A DNA stretch of 64,000 nt from Candidatus Poribacteria bacterium (GTDB taxonomy: Bacteria; Poribacteria; WGA-4E; WGA-3G), in NCBI GenBank assembly GCA_965242965.1, contig OZ251518.1:640001-704000 (forward strand), written 5' to 3'. The notes below the pieces were generated by a model. The model did not search any database, was not told the DNA's origin, and worked only from the letters and a program-made list of their open reading frames with translations. Position numbers and translations under genes: made by a program. Below, piece by piece: positions 56,753-64,000 of the stretch (within the stretch, counting starts at the first letter, position 1; every line of letters starts with the position of its first letter).

Positions 56753-58761
56753 AGTTCAGACAAACCCTATTTCTCCCCATTGCCGCCTTGTTGTGCCTCT
56801 TTATTTTGGCAGAGGTAAACTATCCGCGGCTCGCGCCGCACTCGCAATTGGCACTCTTCGCCATGTTGGGACTGATACTCGTATTCCTTAAATATCCTCT
56901 CCACCCGCGTGTGGCAGATAACGTCGCGTGTCAAGTTCTTGATGGAGTATTGGCGACGGGTGTCCTCCTCTGTTTCGGCTATGTCATTGTTCAGACAGAA
57001 CCGCTATTTGAATCACTCTGGCTTGATGGAAAATCTCTCGGGGACCGGGCGGGAGCCGAACGTGTCGTGGATTACGTTGTCGGCGCGTGCGGGCTCCTAC
57101 TCATTCTTGAAGCGACGCGCCGAACAGTCGGCGTGACGCTCATGCTCCTCGCCTGTATCTTCCTGATTTACGCCGCATTCGGGCAGCTGATGCCGACGTG
57201 GCTTTTCCCGCATCGGGGGTATCCCCTTGAACGCATCGTGAGCCAGACGTTCCTTCACAGCCAAGGCACCTTCGGCATCGCGCTGCGCGTCATGTTTACT
57301 TACGTCTTCCTCTTCGTGCTATTTGGAACGTTGCTGGAACGCACCGGCGCGACGCGCTATATCCTCGAATTGGCGCGACGTATCTTCGGCACGAGTGCAG
57401 GCGGACCGGCGAAAGTCGCTGTCCTCAGCAGCGGCATGATGGGCTCGCTCTCCGGCTCCGCCGTCGCGAACACGGCGACAACCGGCACGTTTACGATTCC
57501 CTTAATGCAACGCGCCGGTTTTAAACCCGCAATCGCTGGCGGTATTGAAGCCGCGGCGAGTTCCGGCGGCGCGCTAGTGCCACCGATTATGGGCGCGGGC
57601 GCGTATATGATGTTGGAAATCGTTGAACCGGCTGTCACGTATTTGGAAATCATTCGGGCGGCGTTGTTGCCGGCGGTGCTTTATTATACGGCGTTGTTGT
57701 GCATCGTGCATTTTTATGCGAAGAGGAATCGGGAGGAGGTATTGCATCGAGACCGGGATGTCTCTCCTACTGATGTTGGGGTAGGCGGGACATCCTTGTC
57801 CCGATACGGCGAGAACGGGAAGAATCAAGACCGGGAGGTCTCTCCTACGGGGGAGGAGGATGCGCCGACGAGGATACAAGGGGTTGTGTTTTTCACGGCG
57901 TTTCTTACCTTAATTGGGTTTCTGCTGATGGGTGCCACGCCGTTTCGCGCCGTGAGTTGGAGTCTGCTTGTTGTCGTCGGTGTCAGTCTATTTCGTCCTG
58001 AGACCCGACTCGGCATTTCTGGGATTTTAAAGGCGATGGAAAACGCGGCGCATAGCGGCGTTTCGTTAATTGCAGCAGCGGCATGCGTCGGGATTATCCT
58101 CGGTGTCGTCACGCTGACAGGAGTCGGCGGGAAACTGCCGTCGGCACTGTTGCCTCTCGCATCGACGAACTTAATCTTGGCACTCCTCCTGCTGATGATT
58201 TCAACGATTATTCTGGGGATGGGATTACCTTCTTCTGTCTGCTACTTGCTGATGGCAATTTTGGTGGGTCCGGTGCTACTTGATTTAGGCGTAGTCCCGC
58301 TGGCGGCACACTTCTTTATCTTCTATTTCGGGATGATGTCGATGGTAACGCCGCCGGTAGCATTAGCGGCGTATACCGCGTCCGCCATCGCGAGTTCCCG
58401 AATAATGCCGACAGCGTTCGCCGCTTTCAGATTCGCGCTCGTCGGGTTCGCGCTGCCGTATGCGTTTGTTTTGCGGCCGGAGTTGCTGTGGCTCAATGCG
58501 GCTGGCGGCGCGCCTGCGCTGTGGGTAGTTATTGTCAATCTTTGCCTGACATTGATTGGCACCGTTATTTTCGCGGCAGGTGTCGCCGGGTATGCTTTCA
58601 AAACAGTGACACTTTGGGAGCGCGGGATCCTATTTATTGCAGTCGCTCTCCTCTTTTTTATCCCTACTGAAATGCAGTGGTTGTGGGTGCATGGAGTAGC
58701 ACTGCTTGCAAGTATTGCCGTTTTTTGGTATAATAGGGTTAAAAATGAGGGTGTTTCATAA
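56740..58761 (+). CDS. TRAP transporter fused (4TM/12TM) permease
   Basis: LEATRR, GGPAKVAV, SGSAVAN, EAAASSGG..PPIMGAGAY, ILGMGLP, TPPVALAAY. Confidence 0.92.
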   Translation: MKHPQFRQTLFLPIAALLCLFILAEVNYPRLAPHSQLALFAMLGLILVFLKYPLHPRVADNVACQVLDGVLATGVLLCFGYVIVQTEPLFESLWLDGKSLGDRAGAERVVDYVVGACGLLLILEATRRTVGVTLMLLACIFLIYAAFGQLMPTWLFPHRGYPLERIVSQTFLHSQGTFGIALRVMFTYVFLFVLFGTLLERTGATRYILELARRIFGTSAGGPAKVAVLSSGMMGSLSGSAVANTATTGTFTIPLMQRAGFKPAIAGGIEAAASSGGALVPPIMGAGAYMMLEIVEPAVTYLEIIRAALLPAVLYYTALLCIVHFYAKRNREEVLHRDRDVSPTDVGVGGTSLSRYGENGKNQDREVSPTGEEDAPTRIQGVVFFTAFLTLIGFLLMGATPFRAVSWSLLVVVGVSLFRPETRLGISGILKAMENAAHSGVSLIAAAACVGIILGVVTLTGVGGKLPSALLPLASTNLILALLLLMISTIILGMGLPSSVCYLLMAILVGPVLLDLGVVPLAAHFFIFYFGMMSMVTPPVALAAYTASAIASSRIMPTAFAAFRFALVGFALPYAFVLRPELLWLNAAGGAPALWVVIVNLCLTLIGTVIFAAGVAGYAFKTVTLWERGILFIAVALLFFIPTEMQWLWVHGVALLASIAVFWYNRVKNEGVS

Positions 58762-59010
58762 ATCGTCCCCGTAGGAGAGACCTCATGGTCTTGATGTTCC
58801 CGTAGCGCGGGGGCCTGTCCCCCGCGAGCGTTGGGGTACGCCGACGATGGCGAGGGCCTGTCCCTCGCCCTACGGTGAGGGGGGGGCGTTTTTATCGTAG
58901 CGCGGGGCCCTGTCCCCCGCGATCTCGATCGTCCCGATGTGTTTTTCCTCTTCTGTAGTTTGTGATCGCCTGATCACAAACGGGTCAGGATCGGGCGATC
59001 CTGAACTACA
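58747..59010. repeat. REP cluster starting at left TIR (58747-58761)
   Basis: TIR followed by family B, A and D units. Confidence 0.85.
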
Positions 59011-59041
59011 GAGCCTGGAGTGCGACCGATAGGCAAAAAAT

Positions 59042-60331
59042 ATGAAAGTTGCTTATATCACTGCGGGAGCCGCCGGCATGTATTGCGGCACCTGCATCCA
59101 TGACAATACCGTCGCGACGGTGCTGAAAAAACAGGGACATAACGTCACCTTGATTCCGACATACACGCCGACCCGCACCGATGAGGCGAATGTCAGTCTC
59201 AATCGCGTCTTTTTCGGGGGCATCAACGTCTACCTCCAACAGAAACTCTCGCTGTTTCGGCACACGCCGTGGGCGGTAGACAGGTTGTTGGATAACGCAA
59301 CCCTGCTGAACGGATTATCCCGTTTCAGCGGCTCAACCGATGCACGCGACCTCGGGCAACTCACCGTCTCAATGCTCAGCGCGGAACAGGGACATCAAAA
59401 GAAGGAATTAGCGAAGTTAGTGCAATGGTTCCAGACAGCGAACCGCCCTGACATCGTCTATCTCACCAATTCCATGCTGGTGGGCTTCGCGCGGGAGGTT
59501 AAAAACGCATTAGGCGTGCCAGTCATCTGTGCGCTCCAAGGCGAAGACATCTTCCTGCAAGACCTAATTGAGCCCTATAAAACCGAGGCGTTAACCCTCC
59601 TCGCCGAACGCGCAGCGGATGTAGATGGTTTTGTCGCCCCGTGCCGATACTACGCGCGCTTCATGGCGGATGCGTATCTCAAGGTGCCGGTGGATAACAT
59701 TGACGTGGTGCCGCTCGGATTGAACCTTGATGGACACGGCAAGGCGGATAGCAGACCGGGGCAGCCGCCGTTTGTTATCGGCTATTTGGCGCGTATCTGT
59801 CCCGAAAAGGGGTTGCACATCTTAGTAGACGCTTTTTACGCGCTAACGCAGGAGTTGGGAAAAAAGAACATCCACCTCCACGTCGCAGGCTATTTAGGCA
59901 AGAAGGACAACCCCTATTTTGAGGAGTTGGAGAGCCAAATTCAGGCATGGGGATTAGCGGCGAGTTTCGTGCATCACGGCGAGGTGACGCGCTCCCAAAA
60001 GATCGACTTTCTCAACGGCTTGCACGTTTTCTGTGTGCCGACGGTCTACCGCGAATCCAAAGGATTGTCGATTTTAGAGGCACTCGCGAACGGCGTGCCG
60101 GTTGTGCAGCCTCGGCACGGTTCGTTCCCAGAAATGATTGAGGCGACCGGGGGTGGCATTCTCGTTACCCCTGAATCGGCGGAGGCAGTGATGGAGGGTA
60201 TCAGGGAACTTTACAACGATGCGGAACGGCGTGAACACCTCGGACGCACCGGACAATCTAACGTGCATCAGAAGTTTAACGATGCAGCGATTGCGGCGCA
60301 GCTCTTGGCGGTATTTCAAAAGTATCTTTAG
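59042..60331 (+). CDS. glycosyltransferase family 4 protein
   Basis: GYLARICPEKG, ESKGLSILEALANGVPVV (EX7E). Confidence 0.9.
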   Translation: MKVAYITAGAAGMYCGTCIHDNTVATVLKKQGHNVTLIPTYTPTRTDEANVSLNRVFFGGINVYLQQKLSLFRHTPWAVDRLLDNATLLNGLSRFSGSTDARDLGQLTVSMLSAEQGHQKKELAKLVQWFQTANRPDIVYLTNSMLVGFAREVKNALGVPVICALQGEDIFLQDLIEPYKTEALTLLAERAADVDGFVAPCRYYARFMADAYLKVPVDNIDVVPLGLNLDGHGKADSRPGQPPFVIGYLARICPEKGLHILVDAFYALTQELGKKNIHLHVAGYLGKKDNPYFEELESQIQAWGLAASFVHHGEVTRSQKIDFLNGLHVFCVPTVYRESKGLSILEALANGVPVVQPRHGSFPEMIEATGGGILVTPESAEAVMEGIRELYNDAERREHLGRTGQSNVHQKFNDAAIAAQLLAVFQKYL

Positions 60332-60353
60332 CAGGATAGACGTAATTCGTACT

Positions 60354-60864
60354 GAGGGTGTTTCATATCTCAATTTCTTCTCGGTAGGCGAGCCCTCGGG
60401 TCTCGATTTCTTCCCGGTAGGCGAGCCCTCCTGGTCTCGATGTTCCCGTAGGGCGGGGGACAGGCCCCCGCGATGGCTCAAGCACCGTTTTTTTTTCGTA
60501 GCGCGGGGGCCTGTCCCCCGCGAACTCCATCGTCCCGAGGTGTGTTTCCCCTCTGTAGTTTGTGATCGCCTGATCACAAACAGGTCAGGATCAGGCGATC
60601 TTGACCTACAGAGGTGAGACAATCTGACACCAAAACGATGGCGAGGGGAACCCTCTCGCATGCGCGTGTGGCATCCGAGGGCCCTCGCCCTACGGTGCGG
60701 GGGTGGCGTTTTTTTTCGTAGCGCGGGGCCTGTCCCCCGCGAGCGTTGGAGTGCGCGAGGCATGGCGAGGGACAGGCCCTCGCCCTACGGTGAAAGGGAG
60801 GCGTTTCTTTCACCGCATCGCCGGGCATGTCTCCTTGATGTTGAGCGATTTATCAAACACCCTC
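60354..60864. mobile_element. MITE-like TIR-bounded REP cassette
   Basis: GAGGGTGTTTCATAT...TTATCAAACACCCTC enclosing family B, A and D units; no matching target duplication. Confidence 0.65.
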
Positions 60865-60897
60865 AACTAACTAACAATATTTATAGGAAAACAAATT

Positions 60898-61368
60898 ATG
60901 GTAAAATGGCTGATTTTTGTCATCATGACTGTGGCATCATGGGGACTTTACGGGATTTTTCTGCACAGAGGGCAACTCTCAATGGAGGATGCAGTCCATG
61001 GACGATTCAAAGCGTTTCTCTTCGTCGGACTCGCCTATCTCTTGACGGCAGTCATCGGTTCAGCAGTGATGCTTATTCTGAACGGTGCAGAGTGGCAGTT
61101 CACAAGCAAGGGTGTATCCTGGTCCTTCCTTGCCGGGCTTGTGGGCGCGATAGGCGCGTTCGGGGTGTTACTCGCCTTTGGCGCGGGCGGCAGGCCTGCC
61201 GTGGTGATGTCTATTGTCTTCGCGGGCGCGCCGATTGTAAACGCTGTCGTCGCGACGTTAGCGCATCCGCCACCGGGCGGCTGGGGCACGGTGCGCTGGC
61301 AGTTTGTCGCGGGGATTTTGCTCGCCGCAATCGGTGGCTGCCTTGTTACGTTCTATAAGCCGAGTTAA
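60898..61368 (+). CDS. small EamA/DMT-like membrane protein
   Basis: 156 aa, ~5 TM; WGLYG, GLVGAIGA, VMSIVFAGAPIVN. Confidence 0.75.
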   Translation: MVKWLIFVIMTVASWGLYGIFLHRGQLSMEDAVHGRFKAFLFVGLAYLLTAVIGSAVMLILNGAEWQFTSKGVSWSFLAGLVGAIGAFGVLLAFGAGGRPAVVMSIVFAGAPIVNAVVATLAHPPPGGWGTVRWQFVAGILLAAIGGCLVTFYKPS

Positions 61369-61499
61369 AAGAGGGTATGCGTCGGATGGAACGTAGATAT
61401 GTATCTTGACGATTTCTACTATCCTTTTTGCGGGGGTTGTCTCTAATATACAAGAAAGGAGACAAGACCGTTTCGTTTGGGGATGCATTGAGAGCGGGA

Positions 61500-61657
61500 G
61501 TATTGCATCGAGACCAGGAGGTCTCTCCTACTGATGTGTGGGTAGGCGGGACATCCTTGTCCCGATACGGTATTGCATCGAGACCGGGAGGTCTCTCCTA
61601 CCGGGGAGAAAAACGCTGTCCCGCTACCGTAGGGCGAGGGCCTGTCCTTCGCCGTGC
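61500..61657. repeat. REP module B-C-B-A
   Basis: Near-identical to the in-frame insert in the TRAP gene (57739-57850). Confidence 0.85.
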
Positions 61658-61713
61658 CGGGAGGACAAGTCTACCGTGGAGTAGCGAAATAGTTTTGTGA
61701 AGGGAGAGTTTTC

Positions 61714-62298
61714 ATGCATTCGGAAGAATTAACCGACGCAAGCGATGCTGAACTCATCGTCGCCGCGCTCGCAGGAAATACAGAGGCGTTTGACGTGCTG
61801 GTGCTCCGCTATCGGCGCGCCATGCTGACGGTGGCACAGCAGATTGTCCGCAATCCCACCGATGCGGAAGATGTCGTCCAAGATGCATTATTGCTGGCTT
61901 TTGAAGCACTGCCGCAATTGGAAGATCTGAACCGATTCGGCGCGTGGCTCCATACCATCACCCGGAACCGCGCCTTGCGGCATTTCAAAAATACTAGCCG
62001 CTATGCACCGCAGGAGGACATGGAACCCTATGTCAATCGCGTAACAGACCCGAGTGCCACGGATCCCGCCGTTATTTATGAACGGAAACAGGCGCGGCAA
62101 GATGTCAGAGACGCAATCATGGAACTCCCTACCGAGTTTCAGGAGGTTATCCAACTATATTACTGGGCAGAGATGCCGCAGAAACGAATGGCGGAATTCC
62201 TCTCGGTCCCGTTGACAACGGTGAAGTGGCGACTGCACAGAGCGAAGGCGTTGCTCAGAACGTTGTTAGAAAAGCGCGGCTACGGTGACGATGTCTGA
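61714..62298 (+). CDS. ECF RNA polymerase sigma factor
   Basis: DAEDVVQDA, FGAWLHTITRN, TVKWRLHRAK. Confidence 0.92.
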   Translation: MHSEELTDASDAELIVAALAGNTEAFDVLVLRYRRAMLTVAQQIVRNPTDAEDVVQDALLLAFEALPQLEDLNRFGAWLHTITRNRALRHFKNTSRYAPQEDMEPYVNRVTDPSATDPAVIYERKQARQDVRDAIMELPTEFQEVIQLYYWAEMPQKRMAEFLSVPLTTVKWRLHRAKALLRTLLEKRGYGDDV

Positions 62299-62351
62299 TC
62301 CGGATGCGATTTTCAATCAAGTTCGGGGGAGAGCCAAACACTGCCCCTCAA

Positions 62352-62810
62352 CCGTAGGGCGAGGGCCTGTCCCTCGCCGTGCCGGGGGTTATCCTATCGC
62401 TGTTTGGGTAGGCGGGACATCCTTGTCCCGATAGGGTATTGCATCGAGACCGGGAGGTCTCTCCTACTGATGTTTTGGTAGGCGGGACATCCTTGTCCCG
62501 ATATGGCATTGCATCGAGACCGGGAGGTCTCTCCCACGGGGAAAGAGAAAAATGCTCCCCCTCCACCGTAGGGCGAGGGCCTGTCCCTCGCCGTGCCGGG
62601 GGTTATCCTATCGCTGTTTGGGTAGGCGGGACATCCTTGTCCCGATACGGTATTGCATCGAGACCAGGAGGTCTCTCCTACTGATGTTTGGGTAGGCGGG
62701 ACATCCTTGTCCCGATACGGTATTGCATCGAGACCAGGAGGTCTCTCCTACCGGGTGAGAGAAAAACGCGCCGACGAACCGTAGGGCGAGGGCCTGTCCC
62801 TCGCCGTGCC
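62352..62810. repeat. REP array of alternating C and B units with family A units
   Basis: GTAGGCGGGACATCCTTGTCCCGATA x4 and CATCGAGACC.GGAGGTCTCTCC x4. Confidence 0.9.
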
Positions 62811-62852
62811 GAGACCTGGGGAACACAAACGACTTATCGAGGTATATCTATT

Positions 62853-64000
62853 ATGGAACAACAGAGGCAAAATGAACTCCGCGGGCTATTCCATCTCTTG
62901 GAACATACCGCGAAACTCGCAGAGGATTCGGTGCATACGGATGCCTTCAAAAATGGCGAGGCGCGATGCATCATTCAATTCAATAACGTGCTGACGCGCC
63001 TGCGCGACATTGATGCCGTGCCAGACGGCCTCTTTGACGCGCTCCACGATACGGCATCTTTCGGCGAGATTGGCATTGCGTGCCATCAACTCGCCGCGTA
63101 TCTCAACGAAGAGTTGACAACCTCCTCCGATTTCAGAGGATGGGTAACCGGCTTTTTCGGGAAACGGTTTTTAGAGAACGTTCAGGAAGAACTGAGCGGG
63201 GCAGAAGAGAAAATCGGAGAACTGATTCGCAAGTCTGTCCCCGATTTCTTAACCGAAAGCACGCTGGCGGACATTGAGGAGGCGTTCCCGGTCGCGCCCG
63301 GCGGATGCCTCACGGTTGATGTGCCCCTCGGGACGATTGACGTTCTGACAGCGGAGAGTGATACCCTCGCGGTGCGGGTGCGGCGGTCCGCGCAGTTAAA
63401 AGCAGACCGGCGCGCTGGGGAACTCCTCAAAGATTTGGATATCAGCATCACCCACGATGCAGCTGATGTGGAAATTAAGGCGAATTTCAGAGGCGCGAAG
63501 AAGGCACTGAACAAGGCGCGCAACCGACTTGACGTGCAGTTTGAGATTGTTGTCCCGCATCGTTACAACGTCGATTTGAAGACGAGTGGCGATGACATCG
63601 CCGTTGAGAATCTGGAAGGGAACGTCAACGCGCAGACAACTGGCGGCGAACTCCATTTGGTTGACATCACCGGCAAGATTGATGGGCGTACTAGTGGCGG
63701 CAACCTTGAGTTGCATGCGTTCAAAGGCAATGCAGAACTCCGAACGTCCGGCGGCAACATTAACGTGCAAACCGGCACCGGCGATGTGAACGCGAAAACG
63801 ACTGGGGGCAATCTGCACCTCACCGAAGTCAACGGGTTTATCATTGGAAGTGCCGCTGGCGGCAATCTTTCACTCAGCGATTGTGCTGGCGGCGCAGATG
63901 TGAAAACGGCGGGTGGAAGTGTGGTGTTAGATACCGATGGGGCAGTCAACGCGAAAGCCGCTGGAGGGGGCATCCGCGCGCATCTCCGCAGCCAGATTCA
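62853..64000 (+). CDS. DUF4097-like beta-strand repeat protein, runs off the window end
   Basis: Manual translation MEQQRQNELRGLFHLL...; repeated T(S/T/A)GG(N/E/S) motifs; follows the ECF sigma gene. Confidence 0.8.
   Translation, partial: MEQQRQNELRGLFHLLEHTAKLAEDSVHTDAFKNGEARCIIQFNNVLTRLRDIDAVPDGLFDALHDTASFGEIGIACHQLAAYLNEELTTSSDFRGWVTGFFGKRFLENVQEELSGAEEKIGELIRKSVPDFLTESTLADIEEAFPVAPGGCLTVDVPLGTIDVLTAESDTLAVRVRRSAQLKADRRAGELLKDLDISITHDAADVEIKANFRGAKKALNKARNRLDVQFEIVVPHRYNVDLKTSGDDIAVENLEGNVNAQTTGGELHLVDITGKIDGRTSGGNLELHAFKGNAELRTSGGNINVQTGTGDVNAKTTGGNLHLTEVNGFIIGSAAGGNLSLSDCAGGADVKTAGGSVVLDTDGAVNAKAAGGGIRAHLRSQI

Noticed and set aside
62352-62810. CRISPR-like array after the ECF sigma gene
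   Set aside because: It consists of alternating REP families B and C with near-identical linkers
1-64000. RAYT or IS transposase, integrase, rRNA and tRNA genes
   Set aside because: None was recognised in the ORF track or sequence, so the mobilisers of the repeats must lie elsewhere if they exist

Overview
A 64 kb stretch of moderately GC-rich bacterial chromosome. The gene mix (dockerin-domain proteins, a DUF6785-like membrane protein, PhyH, Uma2, FGE-sulfatase, several Gfo/Idh/MocA enzymes) resembles Candidatus Poribacteria, but that assignment is inference. Most of the window is housekeeping and metabolic genes (sat, nth, infA, cysteine synthase, modABC, coaE, czcD-like, hisA, rfaE2, cydAB, an ECF sigma factor). 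Most longer intergenic spaces hold GTAG-initiated REP-like palindromes of several families. Some REP clusters are bounded by a 15-bp inverted repeat (GAGGGTGTTTCATAA), forming MITE-like cassettes. These repeats are also inserted in frame in at least four proteins and supply stop codons and probably one start codon. An accessory island (about 25.9-33.3 kb) is the best candidate for an undescribed system. It carries a UPF0175/DUF3368 TA pair and a unit made of a consensus promoter, a ~520-nt structured leader, a 53-aa Gly/Arg/Lys-rich peptide and a beta-CASP ribonuclease. It also holds an unknown 585-aa protein, related long inverted-repeat elements, phased heptad repeats and a parA remnant. Other notable items are two tandem methyltransferase-Mrr fusions with swapped specificity regions, an EF-Tu paralog with degenerate GTPase motifs, and an IF-1 with a long basic N-terminal extension. 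I recognised no rRNA, tRNA, CRISPR-Cas, transposase or reverse transcriptase. All family assignments come from reading motifs by eye; no searches were run.
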